NCBI GenBank assembly: GCA_018662075.1
Contig: JABJGX010000023.1
Span: forward strand, 1-41,018
DNA: 41,018 nt
Direction of reading: 5' to 3'
Source of the DNA: Candidatus Peregrinibacteria bacterium
Lineage (GTDB): Bacteria; Patescibacteriota; Gracilibacteria; Peribacterales; Peribacteraceae
Every line of letters starts with the position of its first letter. Positions within the stretch are counted from its first letter, which is position 1. The translations under genes and the position numbers were made by a program. Of the stretch, positions 17,917 through 27,822 are shown piece after piece. The notes under the pieces are model-generated. The model saw only the letters and a list, made by a program, of their open reading frames with translations. It made no database searches and had not been told where the DNA came from.

Positions 17917-20568
17917 ATGGCTGATACCAATGACAACGCAGGCGAGCAGCAAGAGGACGCTAAGCCAAACCAAAGCGAGTTTGAACAACTGGACCTTGGT
18001 GAAACCCTCTCTTCTATTGGGCGTATTGCTCCACGCAGTATTGTCACGGAAATGGAGGAAAGCTACTTGAGCTACGCGATGAGCGTTATCGTATCTCGTG
18101 CTCTTCCAGATGCACGCGATGGACTAAAACCTGTTCACCGTAGAATTCTTTACGTTATGCACGAGCTTGGGCTTCGAAGTAATGCAAAGTTCCGAAAGTC
18201 TGCAGCAGTAGTCGGAGACGTAATGGGTAAGTATCACCCGCATGGAGATTCTTCTATTTATGATGCACTCGCACGTATGGCGCAAGACTTCTCTATGCGT
18301 CACATGCTCGTAAATGGACAGGGAAACTTCGGTTCTATCGATGGTGATAATCCAGCGGCCATGCGTTACACCGAGGCCAAGATGCAAAAGATCACAGAAG
18401 AGATCTTGCAAGATATTGAAAAAGATACTGTGCTGTTCCGACCGAATTACGATGGATCGAAGAAGGAGCCAACAGTGTTGCCAACGAAGCTTCCCGTTCT
18501 TCTCATGAACGGTACGGTTGGTATTGCGGTTGGTATGGCTACGAACATTCCACCACATAATCTTGCAGAATTGATGGCTGCAATTTTGCATATCATTGAT
18601 AATGAGGATGCAACTGTTGAAGACCTTCTGCAATATGTTCAGGGTCCAGACTTCCCAACAGGAGGAATTGTGTATGACAAAGAAGTGCTAAAGCAGGCTT
18701 ACCTAACAGGTCGTGGTAGCGTTGCTGTTCGTGGTAAGGCTGAAATCGAAGAAGGAAAGAATGGCAGATACCGTATTCGTATCTCTGAACTTCCATATCA
18801 GGTCAATAAGTCTACGATGATCGAAAAGATGGCACGTCTTGTCACTGATAAGATTATCCCTGGAGTATCAGATATCCGTGATGAGTCTGACCGTGATGGT
18901 ATTCGTGTGATTATCGAGCTCAAGAAGGAGTCGTATCCCCAGAAGGTTCTGAACCAATTGTTCAAGCATACAGATTTGCAAAATAGCTTTAGCTTCAACT
19001 GTATTTCTTTGGCAGATGGCCTTCAGCCTCGCCTCATGAACTTACTAGAGATGCTGACGATCTTCATCGATCATCGTCGTGAAGTGATCACTCGTCGTGT
19101 TACATTCGACCGCAATAAAGCACGTGATCGTGCTCATATCCTTGAAGGACTTAAAATTGCCTTGGATGACATTGATGCAGTAATCGAGACTATTAAGAAG
19201 AGTGCTGATAAAGACATTGCAAAAGATAACCTTGTAAAGAAGTTTAAGCTTTCAGACCTTCAGGCTGATGCGATCTTGCAGATGCGTCTTCAGACTTTGT
19301 CTGGTCTTGAGAGAAAGAAGCTCGAAGAGGAGCTTGCTGAAAAGTTGAAGTTCATTGCAGAGTGCGAAGCGATTCTTGCTGATAAGAAAAAGATTGATTC
19401 AATCATCAAAGATGAATGCACAAAGGTGAAAGAGTCATACGCAGAGCCTAGGCGGACTACTATTGTAAAGCATGCTATTGGACAGTTCAGCGCGAAAGAT
19501 ACTATCCCGAATTCGCCAATGATCGTAGCGCTTACCTCTGGTGGTTATGTAAAGAGGCTTTCTCCTATGCAGTTCCGTGCACAGTCTCGTGGAGGAAAGG
19601 GTGTAAAGGGAATGACAACGAAAGAAGAAGATGAGATCCAGACATTGCTTCATGTTATGAACCACGATGACTTGTTGTTCTTCACGAACACTGGTCGCGT
19701 CTTCAAGCTTCCTGCGTTCGAACTTCCACAGGGAAGTCGTATTGCAAAGGGGCAGGCGATTGTAAACTTGTTGCAGTTGCAGCCAGACGAAGTGGTGACA
19801 TCTATTTTGAAGTCAGACCTTGAAGACAGAACACACCTCTTCATGATTACAGAGCATGGAACAGTGAAGCGAACAGAGCTTTCACAGTTCGAGAACATCC
19901 GCCGCAGTGGTCTCATTGCTCAGAAGATGAACGAAGGGGATTCATTGAAGTGGGTTCTTGCAACGACTGGCAAGAGTGAAATCTTGATTGTTACCAAGAA
20001 GGGTAAGGCTATTCGATTCCCAGAAGCAGATGTTCGCGCGATGGGACGAAGTGCAGCTGGAGTTCGTGGAATTAAGCTTTCAGGAGAAGACATTGTTGTT
20101 GAAGCTGGGTCTATTGAAGAGAGTAAGACAAGCATGCTTCTTGTCGTGATGGAAAATGGACTTGGAAAGATGACTTCTGTTGAAGAGTATCGATTCCAGG
20201 GTCGTGGAGGAACGGGGGTAAAAGCAGCACAGCTTACCGCTAAAACTGGTGATATCGTTGGAGGATGCATCTTGCAGCAAGGAGAGGATGGAGATCTTCT
20301 TTGTATCAGTAAGTCAGGTCAGACTATCCGAATGCGTCTTTCAGACATTCCTTCCAGAGGACGTGCTACACAGGGAGTTATCGTTATGCGCCTTAAGGCT
20401 CGTGATAAGGTCGCTACCATGAGTGTCGTAATGGAGGATAAAGAGGGGGAAGAAGCAGTACTCGAGGCTGCAGGAGAAACGCAGGAAGAAGAGGTAGAAG
20501 CTATCAAAAAGGAAGAACGACGTGTGAAGAGGGCAGCTGCTGAGGCGAAAAAAGTAGCAAAAAACTAG
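17917..20568 (+). CDS. gyrA: DNA gyrase subunit A
   Basis: [29 protein letters not shown] catalytic Tyr, GyrA box QSRGGKG. Start at MADT. Confidence 0.97.
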   Translation: MADTNDNAGEQQEDAKPNQSEFEQLDLGETLSSIGRIAPRSIVTEMEESYLSYAMSVIVSRALPDARDGLKPVHRRILYVMHELGLRSNAKFRKSAAVVGDVMGKYHPHGDSSIYDALARMAQDFSMRHMLVNGQGNFGSIDGDNPAAMRYTEAKMQKITEEILQDIEKDTVLFRPNYDGSKKEPTVLPTKLPVLLMNGTVGIAVGMATNIPPHNLAELMAAILHIIDNEDATVEDLLQYVQGPDFPTGGIVYDKEVLKQAYLTGRGSVAVRGKAEIEEGKNGRYRIRISELPYQVNKSTMIEKMARLVTDKIIPGVSDIRDESDRDGIRVIIELKKESYPQKVLNQLFKHTDLQNSFSFNCISLADGLQPRLMNLLEMLTIFIDHRREVITRRVTFDRNKARDRAHILEGLKIALDDIDAVIETIKKSADKDIAKDNLVKKFKLSDLQADAILQMRLQTLSGLERKKLEEELAEKLKFIAECEAILADKKKIDSIIKDECTKVKESYAEPRRTTIVKHAIGQFSAKDTIPNSPMIVALTSGGYVKRLSPMQFRAQSRGGKGVKGMTTKEEDEIQTLLHVMNHDDLLFFTNTGRVFKLPAFELPQGSRIAKGQAIVNLLQLQPDEVVTSILKSDLEDRTHLFMITEHGTVKRTELSQFENIRRSGLIAQKMNEGDSLKWVLATTGKSEILIVTKKGKAIRFPEADVRAMGRSAAGVRGIKLSGEDIVVEAGSIEESKTSMLLVVMENGLGKMTSVEEYRFQGRGGTGVKAAQLTAKTGDIVGGCILQQGEDGDLLCISKSGQTIRMRLSDIPSRGRATQGVIVMRLKARDKVATMSVVMEDKEGEEAVLEAAGETQEEEVEAIKKEERRVKRAAAEAKKVAKN

Positions 20569-20614
20569 AAGAATCCTTGCGTTGAGAGCTAAATTCTCTA
20601 AAATCAGCACAATT

Positions 20615-20827
20615 ATGAAAGCAGCAATCCATCCAGAAGTACACGGCGACGCTAAAACCACATGTTCTACATGTGAAATGGTGTTTGAAGTGCCATCTAC
20701 TGTGAAGGAAATGACTGTTGAGCGCTGCCGTAACTGTCACCCGATTTATACTGGAAAGGTACAGGAGAAGGCTACAGGAGGACGCGTAGAGCGTTTCCAG
20801 AAGAGAATGGCTGCGAAAAAGGCTTAA
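20615..20827 (+). CDS. rpmE: 50S ribosomal protein L31 (Zn-binding type)
   Basis: MKAAIHP, CSTC, CRNCHPIYTG, GRVERF. Confidence 0.95.
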   Translation: MKAAIHPEVHGDAKTTCSTCEMVFEVPSTVKEMTVERCRNCHPIYTGKVQEKATGGRVERFQKRMAAKKA

Positions 20828-20866
20828 TATACACATATTTAGACTATTCATCGTTCAGTATCAGAT

Positions 20867-20896
20867 CTAGCACTCAAAGCCAAAGAATGCTAAAAT
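20867..20896 (+). promoter_or_regulatory. CIRCE element overlapping the hrcA promoter
   Basis: CTAGCACTC-N9-GAATGCTAA (consensus TTAGCACTC-N9-GAGTGCTAA); TAGCAC-17-TAAAAT with ATG 6 nt later. Confidence 0.88.
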
Positions 20897-20902
20897 ATAT
20901 AT

Positions 20903-21613
20903 ATGAATGATCGTCAATCCCGTCTCCTAGCAGCGATTATAGACCAGTTTATTGAGACTGCGGGTCCGGTAGGATCGAAGAAACTTTTGGAGTCAGGAGA
21001 GTTTAATTGTAGTAGTGCAACTATTAGAAATGAAATGGGAATGCTTGAAGATGAAGGTTTTCTAGAGCAGCCACATATTTCAGCTGGACGCGTCCCAACT
21101 GCGTCTGGATATCGGTTGTATGTTCGGCAGTACATGAAGCCAAACAGTAGGGAAGCGGTGGTACGTAAGAAGTTTGAATCGTTAAAATCTTTTTACTTAG
21201 AACAGAAAGACCAAGAGAAGGTATATGAGGCAGTGGCACTTCTTACGCATATGATTCCAAATGTTGCTTTTGCAACTGTTCCACATAAGTCTCGTGTGTA
21301 TTATCTGGGCCTTTCAAATGTACTAAAGCAGCCAGAGTTTCAAGCTAATCCGACTCTTGCGAGTGGTATTGCTGAAGTCCTAGAAGACCACCTGACAGAA
21401 ACATTGTCTTCTATGGATATTAACGAAAAGATTCACTATTACATTGGAGAAGAGAATGTCCTCGAACAGATCCATAGTTGTTCCATGATGGTGACCAAGT
21501 ACACTGTACGTGGGGAAGAGGGGGTGATTGGAATACTTGGACCAATGCGTATGGATTACGGGTATAATACTGTGGCACTCGACATGATTACCGAACTCTT
21601 AAAAACAGAATAA
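20903..21613 (+). CDS. hrcA: Heat-inducible transcriptional repressor HrcA (short form)
   Basis: PVGSK, SSATIRNEM, QPHISAGRVPT, GILGPMRMDY. Confidence 0.93.
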   Translation: MNDRQSRLLAAIIDQFIETAGPVGSKKLLESGEFNCSSATIRNEMGMLEDEGFLEQPHISAGRVPTASGYRLYVRQYMKPNSREAVVRKKFESLKSFYLEQKDQEKVYEAVALLTHMIPNVAFATVPHKSRVYYLGLSNVLKQPEFQANPTLASGIAEVLEDHLTETLSSMDINEKIHYYIGEENVLEQIHSCSMMVTKYTVRGEEGVIGILGPMRMDYGYNTVALDMITELLKTE

Positions 21614-24279
21614 TGACATCAACACTCCTTCAGATTCGTCCTTCCCAGGAAAACGAACGCGGCCCGCTCTACGCGGAGTCTGCAATTTCTGCATTGCACT
21701 CCCTTCCCGGAAAGAATCCCGTAGGACTCGAGATTGGTATGGCTCCGAATGGAAAGATTGGATTCTATGTCCGTTCTTCTGCCGATGCCGTGCGTCTTAC
21801 AGAGTCTCAGTTGTATGCCCAGTATCCAGATATCGATATTGAATATATAAAAGAAGATCCATTTTCTGCGTCGGAGGATGAAGTGGTGCTGTCGGTAGAT
21901 TTGGTGTTAACAGACCCCGAGATCTTCCCTATCAAACGTCACCCTCAGTTCGATGACATGCTTACACGAGTAAACGTGGACCCGATTGCGGGTATTACAT
22001 CGACACTGTCACGTTATCCTGTTCCTGGTATTCGGGGACATGTATCTGTTGTTATATGTCCACTAACAGGAGATTTCAGACGTCGCGCTTTGCGATTCTT
22101 GCCTCTGCTAGAGAAAGGAATGTCTGCGGTTTCGGTTCGTCATGCAGCACTTTTTTCTCGTATGCAACTAGCACGTGGATGGAGGCGATATGTGTACATG
22201 CCGTTTGCATTACTCCTTGGAGGTTTTCGCGCCTGGCCTGGGTTTTCAAAGTTCTTGAAAGCACCATCTCTGTTCGGTACAGAGTCTTCATATGACCCAG
22301 ATGATATGGCGCAGGCAAGTGCACGAACGCATGATAGAGAAGATGGAATTACAGGTTCTGCTGATAAGATGAATCGGCTGCTGTTTACGTGTAATGTACG
22401 CCTCAGTGTTATTTGCCCTAAAGAGCATAAGACTCTCGGGGAAGAGAAGCTTCGTGAAATGATTGGAAGCTTCAGGCAGTTTGCGCTGCCACATTCTAAT
22501 GCTTTTGGTGCTGACAAGGTACAGGCAGAGGCTGCGGTGCATCATGGTATGCGTTCTCGTCCATATGTACTGTCAACGGAAGAAATTGCTACCGTGTGGC
22601 ACATGCCAACGATCTTGGTTCAGACACCAAATGTCGATTGGGTGCTCAGTAGGAAGCTAGAGCCACCGAATAACTTGCCACTTGCAGAGAGGGAAGATGT
22701 TACAGTACTTGGTGAAGCGGTGTTCCGTGGTGAGCGTCATAGGTTTGGTATCCAGCCAATAGACCGAGGACGACATGCGTATATTATTGGAAAAACAGGT
22801 ATGGGTAAGTCTACTATTTTAGAGAACATGGTATTTTCAGATATTCATGCAGGAAAAGGAGTTGCAGTGATAGATCCTCATGGAGACTTGATTGATGCAA
22901 TTTTGAAGTTCATTCCGAAAAGTCGCAGCAATGATGTGGTTCTTTTCGATCCATCAGATAAGGAATTCCCTCTGTCATTTAATGTTTTGGATTGTCCAGA
23001 TCCAAGCCAGCGAGATCTCGTTGCCTCTGGTCTTATGAGTGTCTTTATGAAGATGTGGCCAGACTCATTTTCGGGTCGTATGGAGCATATCCTTCGTAAT
23101 ACCTTACTTGCCCTTTTGGAAGCAGAGGGTTCTTCGATGCTTGGAATTATGCGTATGTATGCAGACGATTCTTACAGAGCAAAAGTAGTGTCGACAGTGA
23201 CGGACCCAATGGTAAAAAGCTTCTGGAATGATGAATATGCAGTGTGGACAGAGAAGTACAGAACAGAAGCTGTTGCTGCTATTCAAAATAAGGTTGGACA
23301 GTTGCTCTCCACACCTCTGATTCGAAACATTGTTGGACAGGTACAGAGTCGATTAGATATTCGTCATTCAATGGATACAGGAAAAATTATTTTGGTGAAT
23401 TTGAGTAAAGGAAAACTCGGAGAGGATGCATCTGCATTCCTTGGGTCTATGCTTGTAACGAAGTTTCAGATCGACGCCATGAGTAGGGCAGATATTCCAG
23501 AGGAAGAACGTAAAGATTTCTACCTGTACGTGGATGAATTCCAAAACTTTGCGACAGAATCTTTTGCGACGATTCTCTCTGAGGCTCGTAAATACCGCCT
23601 TAACCTGACGATGGCTAACCAGTATGTAGCACAGTTATTGATAGGTGATAACGGTACAAAGTTACGTGATGCTGTATTTGGTAATGTTGGTTCATTGTTC
23701 TCTTTCCAGGTGGGAAGTGATGATGCAGAGGTGCTGAGTTTGCAGTTCGAAGAAGCGGTAACACCGAAAGATATTCTCAGCCTTCCAAAGTATCACGCGT
23801 ATATGCGATTGATGATTGATGGAATTCCGAGTAAACCTTTCTCTGTATCGACATTACCGCCACCAGTTTTTGAACAAGACCCGGGTAGGGTCGAAAAGAT
23901 TCGTGAAATGTCTCGTGAACGCTATACCGAAAAGAGGTCAGTTATCGAGGAGAAGATTTTGCGTTGGGCAGCGTCTGCTGCAGAGGGAAGAAGTAATGCA
24001 AAGGTCGCATCAAAGGCTAAGGAAAAAGAAGATGAAGAAATAAAGAAGGCACGGAAGAAGGGGATGAAGCTTCCTGAATACAGAGCATGGAGAGATAGAG
24101 AAATGTGGATGAATGATTATAATATGATTCGAAAAAAATCTTTGCTCGGAGAACCGTTGAACGCAGATGAAGAAAAGACAAAGATAGATTTAGAAAAGAA
24201 GCTCGAGACCTCTGGTGGAATTCCTGAAATCAGCAAGGGCTTACAGGCAGAGCTAGACAAGAAGAATGGAGCTGCTTAG
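21613..24279 (+). CDS. VirD4/TraG/TrwB-like (DUF87/HerA-like) P-loop ATPase
   Basis: Walker A IIGKTGMGKS, VIDPHGD, Walker B LYVDEFQNF, SEARKY, ANQY. Confidence 0.88.
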   Translation: MTSTLLQIRPSQENERGPLYAESAISALHSLPGKNPVGLEIGMAPNGKIGFYVRSSADAVRLTESQLYAQYPDIDIEYIKEDPFSASEDEVVLSVDLVLTDPEIFPIKRHPQFDDMLTRVNVDPIAGITSTLSRYPVPGIRGHVSVVICPLTGDFRRRALRFLPLLEKGMSAVSVRHAALFSRMQLARGWRRYVYMPFALLLGGFRAWPGFSKFLKAPSLFGTESSYDPDDMAQASARTHDREDGITGSADKMNRLLFTCNVRLSVICPKEHKTLGEEKLREMIGSFRQFALPHSNAFGADKVQAEAAVHHGMRSRPYVLSTEEIATVWHMPTILVQTPNVDWVLSRKLEPPNNLPLAEREDVTVLGEAVFRGERHRFGIQPIDRGRHAYIIGKTGMGKSTILENMVFSDIHAGKGVAVIDPHGDLIDAILKFIPKSRSNDVVLFDPSDKEFPLSFNVLDCPDPSQRDLVASGLMSVFMKMWPDSFSGRMEHILRNTLLALLEAEGSSMLGIMRMYADDSYRAKVVSTVTDPMVKSFWNDEYAVWTEKYRTEAVAAIQNKVGQLLSTPLIRNIVGQVQSRLDIRHSMDTGKIILVNLSKGKLGEDASAFLGSMLVTKFQIDAMSRADIPEEERKDFYLYVDEFQNFATESFATILSEARKYRLNLTMANQYVAQLLIGDNGTKLRDAVFGNVGSLFSFQVGSDDAEVLSLQFEEAVTPKDILSLPKYHAYMRLMIDGIPSKPFSVSTLPPPVFEQDPGRVEKIREMSRERYTEKRSVIEEKILRWAASAAEGRSNAKVASKAKEKEDEEIKKARKKGMKLPEYRAWRDREMWMNDYNMIRKKSLLGEPLNADEEKTKIDLEKKLETSGGIPEISKGLQAELDKKNGAA

Positions 24280-24644
24280 TACTGAGGAGTTCCGTAGTCG
24301 CAGATGGCGTATCGTGTTCGTGGTGCTGTACTTCTTTTGTAGTCGTCGTATTGGCAGTCCGAGTAGTTAAGGTCTGATCCAAGGAAAGAGGAGACTCTGC
24401 GGTAATAGTTTTTCTGTTTATTTGGGACGTTCTCTGTAATGTAGCTGAAGATAACGCAGTCTCCCCAAGAGTTTCGTTTCTTACATTCGAATCCTGGATA
24501 GCGAGTTGCATCGAGTCCACGGTATTGGATTTCGATTCCAAGTACACGTGGAACCCAGTCCCAACTGAGTGCCTGGGCCTGCTCGGGTGTCGCTAATGTT
24601 ACTGCGAAGAGTAGGCTCGCCAAAAGTGATGAATATCGCTTCAT
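24276..24644 (-). CDS. Small secreted Tyr/Cys-rich protein
   Basis: Signal peptide (AQA|L); motif CKKRNSWGDC. Confidence 0.7.
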   Translation of the reverse strand: MKRYSSLLASLLFAVTLATPEQAQALSWDWVPRVLGIEIQYRGLDATRYPGFECKKRNSWGDCVIFSYITENVPNKQKNYYRRVSSFLGSDLNYSDCQYDDYKRSTAPRTRYAICDYGTPQY

Positions 24645-24682
24645 AAGGCGGGTATAGTATGTTTATGACCTAATTTTGTCAA

Positions 24683-25564
24683 TTAAACCAGTGTCTGTTT
24701 TTTAAGGCGTAGATTGTGCTGATAAGCGCAGTTTTTGCTACATGTGGTGTGATCCATGGACCCTTGGCATCGTATGCACATCACACCGTCTTTTGAACAG
24801 TGCTCACAGCTAATATTCTGGTCTCCTGGGTCTCCGCAGTGTGGACAGAGTCCGTAGCGATCTGAGGGCATCATATCCTTATTTACGGCTACTCTGTGGT
24901 CGAATACGAAGCATTCCCCCTGCCATTTGTGATCTGGACGCTCTTTCATGTATCTGAGTATCCCTCCATCTAGCTGATAGACGTTGGTATAGCCCTGTCT
25001 TTCCATCTCTAGGCTTGCTTTTTCACAGCGAATACCGCCTGTGCAGTACATAAGAACTTTTTGATCCTTTGAAATACCGGAGTTCTTTACGTATTCAGGG
25101 AATTCTTGGAAAGTTTTCAGATTCGGATCAATGGCACCCTCAAAGATACCAATCTCTGTTTCGTAGTCATTTCGTGTGTCGAGGACAATAACATCTTCTT
25201 CGTTGATCATCCTATCCCATTCCTCTGGTGAAATGTGGTTGTGATGCCCATTTGGAACAATGTCTGTATTACCGAGTGAGACGATTTCCTTACGAATCTT
25301 TACAAACCATCGCTTGAATGGCTCCTCATCTGCGTAAGAATCCTTAAAGGACATTTTTCCAAATATGCTCTCTAGCTTATTTTTCCACTGCTGAAGATAC
25401 TCTTCAGATTCTGCAGAAACTGTACCATTAAGCCCCTCAGCTCCTATTAGTACCAATCCGCTTATACCGATACTTTCACCAAATGACTTCAGATCTTCCT
25501 GCAGAGTAGTAAGATTTTCTTCATCCTGTGGCACGAACTTGTAATGGGCTGATATGTAGAACAT
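24683..25564 (-). CDS. trhO: Rhodanese-domain tRNA uridine(34) hydroxylase TrhO/YceA (UPF0176)
   Basis: EGLNGT, LDTRNDYE, YCTGGIRCEKAS, YQLDGGIL, CFVFDHR. Start at MFYIS. Confidence 0.9.
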   Translation of the reverse strand: MFYISAHYKFVPQDEENLTTLQEDLKSFGESIGISGLVLIGAEGLNGTVSAESEEYLQQWKNKLESIFGKMSFKDSYADEEPFKRWFVKIRKEIVSLGNTDIVPNGHHNHISPEEWDRMINEEDVIVLDTRNDYETEIGIFEGAIDPNLKTFQEFPEYVKNSGISKDQKVLMYCTGGIRCEKASLEMERQGYTNVYQLDGGILRYMKERPDHKWQGECFVFDHRVAVNKDMMPSDRYGLCPHCGDPGDQNISCEHCSKDGVMCIRCQGSMDHTTCSKNCAYQHNLRLKKQTLV

Positions 25565-25602
25565 GGCCCTACTATACATAAAGACCCTATGTGCTTGGCA
25601 AT

Positions 25603-25633
25603 AAAAAAAGACCGGAACCTTCAACCGGTCTTT
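25603..25633 (-). terminator. Intrinsic terminator
   Basis: AAAGACCGG/CCGGTCTTT stem with U7 run on the minus strand. Confidence 0.75.
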
Positions 25634-25657
25634 CTATAACCTTCTTCAGCCTAATCT

Positions 25658-26044
25658 TTATCGATTGTAGGATCTGCAATCTCTTCCTGTGCAGTAGGTA
25701 CGAGTAGATTCGTATTCGTAGTATGTGTCCCCTTCGTCGTAGTAGTTGCGCCATTCTCCATTTCCTTCGTAGCGGAAGTTTCGATATTGAGAGTTAGAGT
25801 ATCTGTTGTTCCATGTACTTGGCTGCACTGCACTTGCATTGAACATGCTGTTGAATGGATACGTTAACCTGAGATGATAAGGATTACTTGTTTGATAACT
25901 TAAACAACTTCCTGAAATGTCACGGTAGTAACAAGAATAGGTTGGGTAGTAACTTACAGCCTCTGCTTTTTGGATCCCAAGTGGGAGTAGGGCAGTTGCA
26001 GTAATGATTATTGTCGCCAGTAATGGTAGGAACTTTTTCTTCAC
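25658..26044 (-). CDS. Small secreted Tyr/Cys-rich protein, probable paralogue of 24276-24644
   Basis: GTG start giving (M)KKKFLPLLA signal peptide (AEA|V); motif CYYRDISGSC. Confidence 0.7.
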   Translation of the reverse strand: MKKKFLPLLATIIITATALLPLGIQKAEAVSYYPTYSCYYRDISGSCLSYQTSNPYHLRLTYPFNSMFNASAVQPSTWNNRYSNSQYRNFRYEGNGEWRNYYDEGDTYYEYESTRTYCTGRDCRSYNR

Positions 26045-26162
26045 CCCACTACGTCTTATGGACTTCGAGGGGCAAGTATCTATTATTGTGCGTGATGTAA
26101 TCATAATTATATGGGGGACAGAAGGAGAGTAGCGTACGTCTAGTTCTTTATTTTTGCAATAT

Positions 26163-26212
26163 AAAAAAACTGACTATCAGCACCTAGATAAAGGTCGGTA
26201 CGAAGTCAGTTT
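26163..26212 (-). terminator. Intrinsic terminator closing ncRNA copy 2
   Basis: AAACTGACT...AGTCAGTTT stem followed by U-run on the minus strand. Confidence 0.7.
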
Positions 26213-26580
26213 GTATTTGTGTTATCTTTCTGCCGCATTAGGGTACCTTATTTATACTCGTGACCTGGCGAGTCCCTCGGAACTGATTTCAGCAAAGCGT
26301 GAGCCAAGGAAACCAAGAGGAATTAGGGGGGCATTCTGTAGCAGAGAGAATGGTAACCATAATTATATGATTACTATTCTCTTTACTCATCTGTGGTGTG
26401 AAGGATCTTATTTAGAAGTTGTCGGAACTCCGGTGTCTGTTTGTATTTATTTTTTGTATTTGCTCCTTTTGTATTTGTTTTTGGTCGGAGCTCCGACTGT
26501 GAGTGCACAGTTCACCGAGGTGAACTAGGGCTGATGGACTTATAGCCTCTCTCGAGGTGGCGATCTGTACTGGACAAATC
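26163..26580 (-). ncRNA. Putative large structured non-coding RNA, copy 2 (~418 nt, family unknown)
   Basis: Own promoter and terminator; GATTTGT/ACAGATC 5' hairpin; A/C loop closed by a 12-bp stem; long hairpin around 26346-26381; core homologous to 1743-1858(+). Confidence 0.75.
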
Positions 26581-26585
26581 ATGTT

Positions 26586-26656
26586 ATCTTATCAACTAAA
26601 AAATATTCTGCAACTTTTCCAAGTTCCCTTAGTATCAAATATATTTTATGAATACA
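26586..26656 (-). promoter_or_regulatory. Sigma70-type promoter plus upstream box for ncRNA copy 2
   Basis: TTGCAG (26613-26608), 16 nt, TAAGAT (26591-26586) with extended TG; upstream TGTATTCATAA-N7-TTGATACT (26656-26631). Confidence 0.75.
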
Positions 26657-26745
26657 AAATTTATACAATACTTAACATTACCTTTTATGCTTTAGGTAAA
26701 AGGAAAAACTACAATTTGTGTATCAAATATGTATTCTCAGGTTTT

Positions 26746-27741
26746 TTACATTCCTGTCATGACTCTATAGATTATTTCTGCCATTTCACCACGAGTGAGG
26801 AGCTGGTTTGGATCTGTAAAGCTTGGGGGAAGGCCACCAATACGGGACATTGCAAAGACGTATGGCTTCCACCACACACTAAGTTGTTGGTCTTCTGGAT
26901 TGGTCTTAATGGCGAATGCATTGATAACAATCTTGGCTGCTTCTGCAAAGTTAACGGGATTACTTGGTCTAAATGTTCCATCATCGTATCCATCTATAAC
27001 GTTATCATTCTTTCCGATACAGACATAGTCTGCGTACCAGTCACTTTGATGAACGTCGGAGAAGAGGTCTTGTGACTCACAGTTATCTGTCGCTTCTTGC
27101 GTGAAGTTTGCGGTAATGATGATCTTTGTAAATTCTGCACGGTTTATAGTCTGGTTTGGTCGGAATGTTCCATCCTTGTATCCACTAACAATTCCTTCGT
27201 TGCGGACAAATGTAATGGCTTTGACGTTTGGGTGATTAGGTGGAACGTCGTCGAATACACGATTTTCTTCTTCAACTGGATCTTCTTCATGTTCTGGTCC
27301 AGCAATGACTTCTGGCTCGGCCTCTGGTTCGGTACCGTCGTGGTTATCGAGCCATATGGCAAGATCTGCTATGTCTACTGCTGTTGTTCCGCTGCAGAGC
27401 CCTGTGTGATACGTGCCATCATTTGTATTGATAAAGATGATAGTACTTTCATTTGGTGGAAGCTGTATTCCGCATGCGGCACTGTTATTTGCTGTTTCGA
27501 TTTCGATGTATGCATCTGCTTGTCCTTTCCATACCTTCTCGACACTAACGTTGTAGACAAGGGACATACTTTTCTCTGTCACAGAGATTGCAGATCCTTG
27601 GATGATGAGATCTGCGTTGCTGTATGATGCAGTATGCTGTTCTTCTGTATCAGTGAAACCGATACAAGAACATGCAAAAACTTCTTGCGGTGTGGCAAGA
27701 GCGCTTAGAAGCAAGATGAAGATGAGAGGGAATTTGCGCAT
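26746..27741 (-). CDS. S-layer homology (SLH) protein with N-terminal TIMP/NTR-like domain
   Basis: Signal peptide then CSC..., AACG, GLCSGT; SLH repeats GYKDGTFRPNQTINRAEF, GYDDGTFRPSNPVNFAE, LTRGEMA. Confidence 0.85.
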   Translation of the reverse strand: MRKFPLIFILLLSALATPQEVFACSCIGFTDTEEQHTASYSNADLIIQGSAISVTEKSMSLVYNVSVEKVWKGQADAYIEIETANNSAACGIQLPPNESTIIFINTNDGTYHTGLCSGTTAVDIADLAIWLDNHDGTEPEAEPEVIAGPEHEEDPVEEENRVFDDVPPNHPNVKAITFVRNEGIVSGYKDGTFRPNQTINRAEFTKIIITANFTQEATDNCESQDLFSDVHQSDWYADYVCIGKNDNVIDGYDDGTFRPSNPVNFAEAAKIVINAFAIKTNPEDQQLSVWWKPYVFAMSRIGGLPPSFTDPNQLLTRGEMAEIIYRVMTGM

Positions 27742-27822
27742 AAATACGTCCGAGACAGTATACCGTATTTCCCTATTGGCAACAGGGGTTTTAGGGTTTT
27801 TGCTCCTACTGTATTTTTATCC

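Noticed and set aside
21613..24279. Conjugative element/ICE
   Set aside because: No relaxase, VirB4, integrase or att boundaries nearby; the gene sits among housekeeping genes.
26255..26275. ZTP (pfl) riboswitch-like TCGTGACCTGGCGA on the + strand
   Set aside because: Extra C in the core, no downstream GUGG..CCAC or CGCCUGGG, no purine gene downstream; promoter, terminator and homology all point to the minus strand.
26154..26528. 124-aa + strand ORF with hydrophobic stretch
   Set aside because: It is the antisense reading of ncRNA copy 2; hydrophobicity comes from the T/G-rich complement of the A/C tract.
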